DNA of 32,702 nt from an uncultured Microthrixaceae bacterium (GCA_964454385.1 CAYVYG010000001.1:1-32702); one strand, 5' to 3'. Positions 16,212 to 25,183 are shown, counted from the first letter of the stretch. Numbers and translations are program-made. The notes: a model not told the origin generated them from the sequence alone.

Positions 16212-16296
16212 CGGTTCACGGTATCTTGAACCGCAGAGGTCCACCGCGATCCCCATCGGCTTGGTGGCGTTGCCGCCGGTCGGGAAGTGTGTCCGG

Positions 16297-17253
16297 ATGC
16301 CGACCAGCGACTGGACCGAGGCCCGTGAGGTTCCCCCGGGTGACATCCTGACCGACACCACACCGCATCCCGTGGCGGGGATGCCCGGGCGGTACCGGGC
16401 CGACATCCCCGAGGCGTGGCGGGTGATGTACGCGTTCGGCGGCACCACGATGGCGACCGCGATCAGGGCTGCGGTCCATCACGTGGGCCGTGGGGATCTA
16501 GATCTCGTGGGAGCCGAGGCCACCTACTGCGCCGCGATCCCCTGTGGACCGCTCGGGTTGCAGGTCGAGATCCTGCGCAACGGACGCAACGGCGCGCAGG
16601 TCCTGGTGCGCGCCTGGGCGCTAGAGCCGTCCCGTGGCGGGATCGACGCGGTGGGCAACGACGCGCTGGGCAACGACGCGGCGGGCAACGACCTGGTGGT
16701 AGCGGTCGTGTTCGGCAGGCGACGCGAGAGCGAGCTGAGCTTTCCCGGCAGCGTCGCGCCGCCGGTGCCCGGTCCCTCCGAGTGCCCGCTTCGCGAGACG
16801 ACCGACGACAGCCCGTTCTCGCGGATCCCGTATCACCACCAGACCGACTTCCGCATCGCCATGGGGAACGCCCGCTGGGGACAGGAAACAGAACCGGGCG
16901 ATCCCGAGGCGGCATCGTGGTTCCGCTTCCTGCGTTCACCGGTGACGGACGCCGGTCGCTGGGAGCCGGCGGTGCTCGCGGTGCCCGGCGACGTACTCGG
17001 ACCTGCTGTGCACGCCGGCATCGGAAGCCGCGGCGGGTTCTTCTTCGTCATCTCCCTGCAGATCGGGCTCAAGTTCGTGGCGGATGTGCGAACCGAATGG
17101 GTGCTGGCCCACTCACGGGCCCAGTCGGCGAGCCACGGTTTCGCGTCGGGCACCGCTGAGCTCTATGACGAGGAGCGCCGCCTGGTGGCCGTCGCGACCC
17201 AGACTGCGCTGTTGCGGTCGGTCGAGGGCGACCCGGGAGCGACCGACGCCTGA
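16297..17253 (+). CDS. Acyl-CoA thioesterase II-like (double hot-dog, TesB-like) thioesterase family protein
   Basis: 318 aa from ATG 16297. Contains WRVMYAFGGTTMATAIRAA and C-terminal HGFASGTAELYDEERRLVAVATQTALLR, typical of TesB-like proteins. It is the only credible part of the 794-aa track ORF 14869..17253. Confidence 0.7.
   Translation: MPTSDWTEAREVPPGDILTDTTPHPVAGMPGRYRADIPEAWRVMYAFGGTTMATAIRAAVHHVGRGDLDLVGAEATYCAAIPCGPLGLQVEILRNGRNGAQVLVRAWALEPSRGGIDAVGNDALGNDAAGNDLVVAVVFGRRRESELSFPGSVAPPVPGPSECPLRETTDDSPFSRIPYHHQTDFRIAMGNARWGQETEPGDPEAASWFRFLRSPVTDAGRWEPAVLAVPGDVLGPAVHAGIGSRGGFFFVISLQIGLKFVADVRTEWVLAHSRAQSASHGFASGTAELYDEERRLVAVATQTALLRSVEGDPGATDA
16645..16692. repeat. In-frame 15-bp tandem repeat GACGCGNNGGGCAAC x3.2 inside the thioesterase gene
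   Basis: Units at 16645, 16660 and 16675 encode DAVGN-DALGN-DAAGN. Confidence 0.95.
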
Positions 17254-17258
17254 GCAGG

Positions 17259-18017
17259 TCAGGGCCTGTGGTAGACGCTCACCGCTGGGGCGTGTGAATC
17301 GGGATCCCACATCTCGCCGGACCACGACCCATGGCGCTCCAGCAGGTGCAGTCCCGCCTCGCCGCACCACCGATCGAGCGTCGTCAGCTCCAGAGGGCAC
17401 ACCGACCAGGGCCTGACCCGGGCGCCGCCATCGGGAGGCAACTCGATGTGTCGGCCCTCTACAGCGCCGGTGCAGGGATCCGTCGCGGTGGAGATGACAA
17501 CCGGTGTACCGCCGCCTGCGTCGGAGAGCCCGAAGCCCACTTCCCCGTCGCGGGGTGCGGAGATCTCCTGGAGCTCGACGGCGAGGATCCCCCCGGTGTC
17601 GAGGTGTCGGACGGCTCCCCGGAGTGCCTCGCGCTGGGCATCGGGTGAGGGCAGGTTCAACAACAGGTTGCACGCGGCGAGCACGCAGTCGAAGGTTCCG
17701 TGCAGCCCTGCGGCGGGCCAGGTCGCAGGCCGTGCCGCATCGGCCACCACCCGCGGCACCGAGGAGGCCCCCTTCTTCGCCGCCATCACCGCCAGCATCT
17801 CGGGTGATGCGTCGAGGCCGACCACCTCGAAACCCGCGGCGCTCAGCCCGAGTGCCAGACGCCCGGTGCCGACCCCCAACTCGAGGATCCGTGCGCCGTG
17901 GCGCAGGTGGCGCGACAACAACGCGACCACCTCGCCCTCGTCCCCGCCCGGGTACCAGAGGTCATAGACGTCAGCGAAGCTCGATCCGTACCGACCGGGA
18001 TCGTCGTAGCTCGACAC
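17259..18017 (-). CDS. Class I SAM-dependent methyltransferase
   Basis: 252 aa from GTG 18017 (VSSYDDPGRYGSSFADVYDLWY...). Motif I ILELGVGTGRLA, and DCVLAACNLLLNL. ATG 18095 is an alternative start. The rest of the 441-aa track ORF is antisense junk. Confidence 0.75.
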   Translation of the reverse strand: MSSYDDPGRYGSSFADVYDLWYPGGDEGEVVALLSRHLRHGARILELGVGTGRLALGLSAAGFEVVGLDASPEMLAVMAAKKGASSVPRVVADAARPATWPAAGLHGTFDCVLAACNLLLNLPSPDAQREALRGAVRHLDTGGILAVELQEISAPRDGEVGFGLSDAGGGTPVVISTATDPCTGAVEGRHIELPPDGGARVRPWSVCPLELTTLDRWCGEAGLHLLERHGSWSGEMWDPDSHAPAVSVYHRP

Positions 18018-18065
18018 GACCGAAGTCTGGTCTGTGTCACCCCGGCCGTGGCAACGCCGCCTACC

Positions 18066-19082
18066 GTGGGGCGCGTGGATCGGTGGCACGCGCATGGAAC
18101 GAACCCATGGGTGCCACCCGAGGACCCCGAGGCCCCCGACGGTTCCGGGCGCGCCCCGGCGCCCAGCACAGGTGCCGACGGAACTGCGTCGTCGCTCGGT
18201 CCCGCCGGGGTTGCGATCGCACGCGGGGACGCGGCGTGGCCCGACCGGGTGGGTGCGAGCGACTCCCGCGCCGGGTGGATCGCCGATCTGCGGCCGTTGG
18301 GGGTCGGGGGCGTCCTCGACGGCGGGTTCGAGTTGCTGCGGACGCACTTCGGGCTGTTGTTCGGAGTGGCCGCCGCCCTGCTGTTGCCGCTGCAACTGCT
18401 CGACCTGTGGGCGACCCTGTCCGCGGGACGGGGGGCTGACATCGATGCGTCGCCGGTGTTCGCGGCGGTGGGTTCGCTGGATTCCGCCACACCGCTCACC
18501 TGGTCGGTCGCAGCATTGCGCCCGGTGGTGCTGTCGTTCATCGGGCTGTTGTCCGGGGTCGTCGCGCGCGCGTCGCTCGAACACGACACCGGCGGTCCGC
18601 GCTCGCTGGTAGCGGTGGCCGCTCGGCGGTGGTGGGTGGCACTGCTGGTGCCGGTTCTGTGCATACCGGTCAAAGCGGTGGCCGGCTGCCTGCTCTACAT
18701 CGGGTTCTTCATCGGCGATGCGCTGTTGATGTGCGCGTCGGTGGTCGCGGGTGCCGAGGGCGCCGGCCCGCTGCGGGCCTTCGCTCGCAGTTGGGCCCTG
18801 GGATGGCGCAGCTTCTGGACCGCGCTCGGGGTCTCGATCGGATCCTTCGTGATCTCGACGGTGCTGCAGTTGTCCCTCTACGCCGGGCCGGCACTGCTCG
18901 CGTCGCAGTTCGTGTCATCCGAAGCGGTCCTGGTGGTCATCCAGCAGATCTCGCTGTTGGCCCTGTTGGTAACCCAGCCGCTCACAGCGGCGATCGCGGC
19001 GCGTGCCTACCTCGAGTTCCGCTGCCGGAGCGAGGGACTGGATCTGGCCATCCGTCGGGTCGATCTCGGGTTGGTGGCGTGA
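18066..19082 (+). CDS. Polytopic membrane protein with Pro-rich N-terminus (family often annotated as GDPD-membrane-domain-containing protein); first gene of the MoxR module
   Basis: Conserved entry motif LRPLGVGGVLDGGFELLR followed by ~6 hydrophobic segments. The start is uncertain (in-frame GTG at 18066, 18075 and 18111). Confidence 0.55.
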   Translation: MGRVDRWHAHGTNPWVPPEDPEAPDGSGRAPAPSTGADGTASSLGPAGVAIARGDAAWPDRVGASDSRAGWIADLRPLGVGGVLDGGFELLRTHFGLLFGVAAALLLPLQLLDLWATLSAGRGADIDASPVFAAVGSLDSATPLTWSVAALRPVVLSFIGLLSGVVARASLEHDTGGPRSLVAVAARRWWVALLVPVLCIPVKAVAGCLLYIGFFIGDALLMCASVVAGAEGAGPLRAFARSWALGWRSFWTALGVSIGSFVISTVLQLSLYAGPALLASQFVSSEAVLVVIQQISLLALLVTQPLTAAIAARAYLEFRCRSEGLDLAIRRVDLGLVA

Positions 19083-19768
19083 TCACCGGCTCACCCGAAC
19101 GTGACCACGTATCCGAGGTGATGTCGCGGCCCGAGTTCTCCTACCCGCGGTCGATCCCCGAGCGAATCGGTGACTGGTTGGGTGACCGGATCGACGACCT
19201 GTTCGACCGGGCGCCACACAGCCCGGTCGACCCCGGCGCCGCAGCGATGGGTGGCGGGTTGAGCTCGCTGGTGGGTTGGCTGGTGGTGATCGCCGCTCTC
19301 GCGGTGGTGGTCGTGGTGATCGTGGTCGTGGTGCGCAGGTGGGTTCCCCGGGCGCGCGACCGGGGCGATGCCGAGACGACCGTGCAGACCGAGCATCGCC
19401 GCGCCGCCTCGCAGTGGGCAGCCGACGCCGCGGCACACGAGGCGGCGGGCGAGTGGAAGCTCGCGATGCGCGCGAGGTTCGCGGAGTTGGTGCGCACCCT
19501 CGTCGATCGCGCCCAGGTGGCCGACATCCCCGGGCGGACCGACGGCGAGCTCACCTCCGACCTGGAGACGACCACGCCGTCCGCGGTGGAGGACTTCGCC
19601 GCTGCGGTGTTGTTGTTCGAGCTCCCGTGGTACGCGGATGTGGCGACCGGGCGCGAGGACAACGAGCGCTTCCGGGATATCGCGGCCCGGGTGCTGGGCG
19701 CCCCGGTGGTGGAGCGGATCGGTGGAGCACCCCCGCCCGCAGTGGGTCGCGTGGAGGTGCACCCATGA
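19079..19768 (+). CDS. DUF4129-like single-pass membrane protein
   Basis: GTG start overlaps the upstream stop (GTGA 19079-19082). 229 aa. SRPEFSYP, a poly-Val TM (VVIAALAVVVVVIVVVV), then a C-terminal domain with GRTDGELT and LFELPWYA as in DUF4129 proteins. Confidence 0.7.
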   Translation: MITGSPERDHVSEVMSRPEFSYPRSIPERIGDWLGDRIDDLFDRAPHSPVDPGAAAMGGGLSSLVGWLVVIAALAVVVVVIVVVVRRWVPRARDRGDAETTVQTEHRRAASQWAADAAAHEAAGEWKLAMRARFAELVRTLVDRAQVADIPGRTDGELTSDLETTTPSAVEDFAAAVLLFELPWYADVATGREDNERFRDIAARVLGAPVVERIGGAPPPAVGRVEVHP

Positions 19769-20934
19769 GGGGGCGAGGGGTCCTCTGGGCCGGGGTGGTC
19801 GTCCTCGCCGGGTTGGCGGTGGTGGTCCTGTGGTTGTCCTCGGCGGGGACGCCGCCGCCGTTCGATGTCTCGTCGTCCACTCCCGATGGCTACCGCGCGG
19901 TCTCGATCCTGCTGCGCGACTCCGGTTCGCAGATCGACTCGCTGGGCGCGTCGGATCTCGGTTCGCTTCCCGCTGACCCGGTGGGCCGCTCGGTGGTGGT
20001 GCCGATCGCGCAGCGGCTCACCCCCGAGCAGCTCGACCGTCTGGAGTCCTATGCATCCCGCGGCGCGACGGTGGTCCTCGCCAGAGGGGATTCCTTCACG
20101 ATGATCGACGACAGGTCCCTGACCCGCACGCCCGCGCAGCCGGTCGGGGCCGGGCTGTGCACGATCACCGCACTCGAGGGCCTCGAGGCGCTCGACCACC
20201 TCGGTTTCGGCGCGGTCGATCTCACCTCGCAAACCGGTGAGGGCACCGGCTACTGCTTCACCGACGCGCCGGGGTTCGAAGGGGTGGCTGCGTTGGTGGG
20301 CGAACGCCGCCTCGGAGCCGGACGGATCGTGGAGCTGGCGTCGCCCTACCTGTGGGCCAACGCCCGCCTGCAGCCCGACAAGGAACAGGGCGGACAGCCC
20401 CTCGACAACGGACCGATGGCGGTCGCCCTCCTGGGAGGCTCACAGGTGAGCTTCGTAGCGGCGGCGTCCGATGAGGACGTTGCGCCAGACGGCACCCGGA
20501 ACCCGCTCGCGCTGATGCCTTTCAACGTGAGACTCGCCCTGGTTCAGGCGGGCGCGGCCTTCGTGGTCTACGCGTGGTGGCGCGCCCGGCGCCTCGGGCG
20601 GCCCGTGAGCGAGGAGATGCCCGTCGAGGTCGCGGGTTCCGAGCTGGTCGAAGCGGTCGGGGGGCTGTTGCGTCGCCACGGCAGCGCTGCACGCGCCGGT
20701 CAGGTGCTGCGCGAGCGCGAGTGCGCGGACCTCGCATCCATGCTGGGCGTCCCGCGTGAGGCCGGTCCCGTAGCGCTGGTCGCAGCGGTTGCATCGCGCA
20801 GCGCCCGCGAGCCCGAGGCGGTCCGTTCGCTGCTCTTCGGTGAACCGCCACCCGATGCCGAGGGCCTCGTGGCCCTGTCAAGGAATCTCGACGAGCTTCG
20901 TTCGGAGGTGCTCGATGTCCAATCTGCCACCTGA
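19765..20934 (+). CDS. DUF4350-like protein with N- and C-terminal TM anchors
   Basis: ATGA start/stop overlap at 19765-19768. 389 aa. N-terminal TM, a periplasmic-type domain (PDGYRAVSILLRDSG), a C-terminal TM and the RRLGRPVSEEMPVEV segment typical of the family. Confidence 0.7.
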   Translation: MRGRGVLWAGVVVLAGLAVVVLWLSSAGTPPPFDVSSSTPDGYRAVSILLRDSGSQIDSLGASDLGSLPADPVGRSVVVPIAQRLTPEQLDRLESYASRGATVVLARGDSFTMIDDRSLTRTPAQPVGAGLCTITALEGLEALDHLGFGAVDLTSQTGEGTGYCFTDAPGFEGVAALVGERRLGAGRIVELASPYLWANARLQPDKEQGGQPLDNGPMAVALLGGSQVSFVAAASDEDVAPDGTRNPLALMPFNVRLALVQAGAAFVVYAWWRARRLGRPVSEEMPVEVAGSELVEAVGGLLRRHGSAARAGQVLRERECADLASMLGVPREAGPVALVAAVASRSAREPEAVRSLLFGEPPPDAEGLVALSRNLDELRSEVLDVQSAT

Positions 20935-21913
20935 GTACGCGGGCCCCGCTGCTGTGGTCGACGAGGCCGCGCTCGCCGCCATGGACGCGCTCCGCACGGA
21001 GGTCGCCAAGGTGGTGGTCGGCCAGCACGGAACCGTCTCGGGCTTGATCACCGCGCTGCTGGTACGTGGCCACGTGTTGCTCGAGGGGGTTCCCGGTGTT
21101 GCCAAGACGCTCGTGGTCAAGACCCTCGCGCAGGCACTTGATCTCGACTTCGCGAGGGTGCAGTTCACCCCGGACCTCATGCCCTCCGATGTGACCGGTC
21201 AGCTGGTGCTCGCGCCCGATTCGGCCGGGGGGTTCAGGTTCCGCCGGGGCCCGGTGTTCACCAACCTGTTCCTCGCCGACGAGATAAACCGGACACCTCC
21301 CAAGACCCAGGCGGCGCTGCTCGAGGCCATGGAGGAGCGACAGGTGACCGCCGAGGGAACCTCCCTCGAGTTGCCCGAGCCCTTCGTCGTGGTCGCCACC
21401 GAGAATCCCGTCGAACAGGAGGGCACCTACCCGTTGCCCGAGGCGCAGCTCGACCGGTTCCTGTTCAAGTTGATCGTCGGTTATCCCAGCCACGACCAGG
21501 AGGTCGACATCCTCGCCCGCCACAACGAGGGGCTCGATCCCCATGACATCGAGGGCGCGGGTGTGGCTCCGGTGGCCGATGCCGAGCTGCTCGGGCGCGC
21601 CAGGCGGGCGGTGGCCCAGGTTACCGTCGAGCGCCCGGTGCTCGACTACGTGGTGGCGCTGTGCCGGGCGACACGCGAGTCGCCCTCGACCGAGCTCGGC
21701 GTTTCGCCCCGGGGTGCCGCCGCGCTGTTGCACGCGGCCAAGGCGTGGGCCTGGCTGTCGCGCAAGTGGTACGTCAGCCCCGACGAGGTCAAGGCCGTCG
21801 CCAAGCCGGCGTTGCGACACCGCCTGCTGGTCCGCCCCGAGCTCGAGCTCGACGGGGTCACCGCCGACGGACTGCTCGACTCGGTGCTGGCCACGGTGCC
21901 GGCGCCCCGCTGA
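20915..21913 (+). CDS. moxR: MoxR-family AAA+ ATPase
   Basis: 332 aa. Walker A LEGVPGVAKT, QFTPDLMPSDVTG, Walker B LFLADEINRTPPKTQAALLEAMEE, ATENPVEQEGTYPLPEAQLDRF and VSPRGA. Overlaps the upstream gene by 20 nt. Confidence 0.95.
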   Translation: MSNLPPEYAGPAAVVDEAALAAMDALRTEVAKVVVGQHGTVSGLITALLVRGHVLLEGVPGVAKTLVVKTLAQALDLDFARVQFTPDLMPSDVTGQLVLAPDSAGGFRFRRGPVFTNLFLADEINRTPPKTQAALLEAMEERQVTAEGTSLELPEPFVVVATENPVEQEGTYPLPEAQLDRFLFKLIVGYPSHDQEVDILARHNEGLDPHDIEGAGVAPVADAELLGRARRAVAQVTVERPVLDYVVALCRATRESPSTELGVSPRGAAALLHAAKAWAWLSRKWYVSPDEVKAVAKPALRHRLLVRPELELDGVTADGLLDSVLATVPAPR

Positions 21914-21915
21914 GG

Positions 21916-23235
21916 ATGCCGCTCGTCCCCGCCAGGCGCACCGCCTTGGTGGCGCTGGTGGCGGCGGTCGGGCTGTTGGCCTACCCGGGCCGGCCGGTCA
22001 ACGTCTTCGCCGCGGCCGGGGTCACCACCGCCGCGGTGCTGCTGGTCGCGTTGGTCGACTCCCTGACCGGCACCGCGCCGGGGCGCGTCGAGCTGCAGCG
22101 GCGCCACCCACCGGTGGTCGTGGCGGGTCGGTCCGCGGAGATCCAGTGGACGATCAGGTCCCTCTCTCGCCGCACGCTGAGTGTCGAGCTGGCCGATCAG
22201 CTCGCACCATCGCTCGCAGCATCGACGCGCCGGTGCCGTGTCCGGGTCCCCGCCGGGGGGACCGTGACGGTCACCGCGACGATCGAGCCGCAGCGCCGGG
22301 GGCATTTCGAGTTGGACCGCGTGGCGGTGCGGATCCTGGGACCGCTCGGGATGGGCGCCCGCCAGCGGGAGGTGCCGTTGCGGACCGAGCTGAGGGTGCA
22401 CCCACCGTTCCGCTCCGCGAAGGAAGCGGAGCTCAAGATCCGCCGGGCGCGGATCCTCGAGGTGGGGATGCGGTCCGCACGGGGCCTCGGGGGAGGCACG
22501 GACTTCGACCAGCTGCGCGAGTACGGCCCCGATGACGAGTTCCGCCGCATCGACTGGACCGCGACCGCCAGGGTCGGCAAGCCGATCGTGCGCACCTACC
22601 GGGCGGAGCGGAACCAGAGGGTGCTGATCCTCCTGGACAACGGAAGGGTGATGGCGGGGCGCGTGGCGGGGGTGCCGCGGGTCGAACACGCCATGGACGC
22701 GGCGATGATGCTCACGGCGGTCGCGACGCGCCTGGGCGATCGCTGCGGGCTGGTCTCCTTCGACAAGGAGGTTCGATCGATCGTGCCGCCGGCGCGCCAC
22801 ACCGATCAGCTCGCCCGGGTGACCGAGTCGATGTACGCGCTCGAACCGGTGCTCTCGGAATCCGACTACGGCGGCGCTTTCGCCGAGGTCGTGGCCACGT
22901 TCCGTCGCCGGGCGATGCTCGTGTTGTTGAGCGACCTGCTCGAACAGGCCGTGACCGACTCGCTGGTCCCCGCGATGCCCCTCATAACGAGGACCCACCT
23001 CGTGTTGGTCGCCGGGGTCACCGACCCCGCGGTGGCGGGTTGGGCGACCGGGACGGTCCACGACGACGACGAGGCGTTCCGACGGGTCGCAGCGGTGAGG
23101 GCGTTACAGACCCGCAGGCGCAGTGCGGCGCGCCTTGCCTCGCTCGGCGCGATCGTGATCGACGCGGAGCCCCACCGGTTGGCGGTCGAGCTCGCGGACG
23201 CGTACCTGCGGGTCAAGTCGACCGGCCGCCTGTGA
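21916..23235 (+). CDS. DUF58 (vWA-like) protein, MoxR partner
   Basis: 439 aa. N-terminal TM pair, GTDFDQLREYGPDDEFRRIDWTATAR, and LILLDNGRVM (MIDAS-like region). ATG is 2 nt after the moxR stop, with GAGGA upstream. Confidence 0.9.
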   Translation: MPLVPARRTALVALVAAVGLLAYPGRPVNVFAAAGVTTAAVLLVALVDSLTGTAPGRVELQRRHPPVVVAGRSAEIQWTIRSLSRRTLSVELADQLAPSLAASTRRCRVRVPAGGTVTVTATIEPQRRGHFELDRVAVRILGPLGMGARQREVPLRTELRVHPPFRSAKEAELKIRRARILEVGMRSARGLGGGTDFDQLREYGPDDEFRRIDWTATARVGKPIVRTYRAERNQRVLILLDNGRVMAGRVAGVPRVEHAMDAAMMLTAVATRLGDRCGLVSFDKEVRSIVPPARHTDQLARVTESMYALEPVLSESDYGGAFAEVVATFRRRAMLVLLSDLLEQAVTDSLVPAMPLITRTHLVLVAGVTDPAVAGWATGTVHDDDEAFRRVAAVRALQTRRRSAARLASLGAIVIDAEPHRLAVELADAYLRVKSTGRL

Positions 23236-23309
23236 CGCCCGGTCCCCACCCCCGGTCGCTCACCGGCGAACTGAGGGGTGTGGTCCACCGATCTGGGGGC
23301 TGAGACCCT

Positions 23310-24350
23310 TCAGTTGGCTGGTCGTGGGGTCGTGAGCGTCGACTCCTCGCGACCCAGTTCGTTGAGCAGTCCGCTGAGCCCGAGGCGCTCGGCGCGCTGG
23401 CCCAACAGGGCGACGTAGGCGCAGAACGCGACCAGGACCGAGATCCCCACCCCGACCCGCAGCATCGTCGGCATGCCCGACGGGGTGACGAAGGCCTCCA
23501 CGAAGCCGGCCACCACGAAGCAGATCATCAGCCCGACGACGATCACCACCGAGCGGAGCCCCTCCTGCGCTAGCGCGGAGCCACGCGTCCGGTCACCCGG
23601 CGCGACCATCGCCCAGGAGATCCGCAGGCCGGCGGCGCCGGCGATCAGGATGGCGGTGATCTCCAACAGCCCGTGGGGGGTGATCAGGCCCCAGAACTGC
23701 GGCCCTTCACCGGCGTGGTGCATCACAGCTGCCATCACCCCCACGTTGAGCCCGTTGTAGCCGAGCACGAACACCGGGCCGAGCACCGGCACGAGTCCGA
23801 GCGCGAACGCGAGGAACGACACGTAGATGTTGTTCACAGTCACCGTGCCGGCGAAGCTCTGGGCGGCCTCCGAGGAGTAGTAGTCGCGGAACTCCGACTC
23901 CGCGATCGAACGCTGGAGCTCGGGTGGAACCGATGCGTCGAGCACTGCAGGGTCGTTCGACAGCCAGAGACCCATCGCGACCGCCGGCACCACGAAGCAG
24001 GCGAACGCGACCGCTATGTAGCGCCGCGACACCCACACCGCAGCGGGGAAGACCTCCGCGAAGAAGCGGCTGATCGCCCTCATCGGGTTGCCGCGCCGTT
24101 GGTAGATCACAACCCGTGCTTCGCCGAGCAACCGTGACAGGCGCAGCACCAACTGGGGATCCCCGTAGGTGGTGCGCACGTGGGAGAGCTGTGCGGAGGT
24201 CCGTTGGTAGGCCGTTATCAGCTCATCCAGGCGGTCGTCGTCGAGGTCCGAGGTGCTCCAGGGACGGCGGCGTCTGCCCGCCGATCTGCTCAGCTCCGCG
24301 AAGCGCCGCCAGGACGCGTCGTGGATCTGGATGTAGCGGTCGAGGTCCAT
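23310..24350 (-). CDS. SpoIIM-like (stage II sporulation protein M / DUF95 family) integral membrane protein
   Basis: 346 aa from ATG 24350 (GTG 24359 is an alternative). MDLDRYIQIHDASWRRFAEL, NNIYVSFLAFALG and PHGLLEITAILIAGAAGL are typical of the family. Confidence 0.8.
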   Translation of the reverse strand: MDLDRYIQIHDASWRRFAELSRSAGRRRRPWSTSDLDDDRLDELITAYQRTSAQLSHVRTTYGDPQLVLRLSRLLGEARVVIYQRRGNPMRAISRFFAEVFPAAVWVSRRYIAVAFACFVVPAVAMGLWLSNDPAVLDASVPPELQRSIAESEFRDYYSSEAAQSFAGTVTVNNIYVSFLAFALGLVPVLGPVFVLGYNGLNVGVMAAVMHHAGEGPQFWGLITPHGLLEITAILIAGAAGLRISWAMVAPGDRTRGSALAQEGLRSVVIVVGLMICFVVAGFVEAFVTPSGMPTMLRVGVGISVLVAFCAYVALLGQRAERLGLSGLLNELGREESTLTTPRPAN

Positions 24351-24373
24351 GGGTGCCACTACGGTACGGGGCC

Positions 24374-25183
24374 GTGCGCACCGGTGTGGTCACACCCGAA
24401 GCGGTGGTACTCGACCTGCCCACAGCGGGGGTGGCGACCCGCGCGTTCGCACGGCTGATCGACCTGGCGATCCAGGGGGTCGTGGGCGCAGCGGTGGTCC
24501 TGTTGTCGCTGTGGGCGCTCGGATCGCTGATGTCGCTCGCCTTCATCCTCCTGACGACGTTGGTGTTCACCCTCGTGGTGTGGCCGATCGCGATGGAGGT
24601 GATCTGGCGGGGTCGAAGCGTCGGCAAGGCGGCTTTCGGACTGTGGGCCATCTCCGCCGACGGTTCCCCGGTGCCGCCACGTCAATCGGTCGTGAGGGGC
24701 CTGCTGGCGCTGATCGACATCTACTTCTCGGTGGGTTTCGTGGCCCTGCTGAGCGCCATGTTCTCGCCCGCCGGGCAGCGCCTGGGTGACATGGCGGCAT
24801 CGACGGTCGTCGTGCGCCATCGCAGCCGCCACCAGACCGAGAGCCCGGTGGTGTTCTACCCACCTGCCGGCTACGAGAGCTACGTGGCATCGCTCGATGT
24901 GAGCGCGCTGAGCGCCGAGCAGTTCTCCCTCGTGCGGGAGTTCCTGCTCCGCACGAGCCGGTTGTCAGCCGACGCGCGGCGGGAGCAGGCGCTGGCGTTG
25001 GCGGAGGCTCTGCGGCAACGCATGGGCCACGACCTGCCGGCTGCGGTTGATCCGCAGTGGTGGCTCATATGTCTGGCAGCGGCCTTCCAGTGGCAGGAGG
25101 GCGGCCTGCTGCGCGAGGTCGCCAGGGGTGCCGCACCGGTGGTTCAGGCGCCCCGGTGGTCGGGGTCGACCGGCGCGGGTTGA
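24374..25183 (+). CDS. RDD-family membrane protein
   Basis: 269 aa from GTG 24374. ATRAFARLIDLAIQ, GRSVGKAAFGLWAI and GQRLGDMAASTVVV are hallmarks of the RDD domain. The C-terminal soluble part is like that of actinobacterial RDD proteins. Confidence 0.8.
   Translation: MRTGVVTPEAVVLDLPTAGVATRAFARLIDLAIQGVVGAAVVLLSLWALGSLMSLAFILLTTLVFTLVVWPIAMEVIWRGRSVGKAAFGLWAISADGSPVPPRQSVVRGLLALIDIYFSVGFVALLSAMFSPAGQRLGDMAASTVVVRHRSRHQTESPVVFYPPAGYESYVASLDVSALSAEQFSLVREFLLRTSRLSADARREQALALAEALRQRMGHDLPAAVDPQWWLICLAAAFQWQEGGLLREVARGAAPVVQAPRWSGSTGAG

Noticed and set aside
14869-16296. First 476 codons of the 794-aa plus-strand ORF 14869..17253.
   Set aside because: It overlaps the rhomboid gene out of frame and is antisense to the SRPBCC gene. 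Only the segment from ATG 16297 has thioesterase-like sequence.
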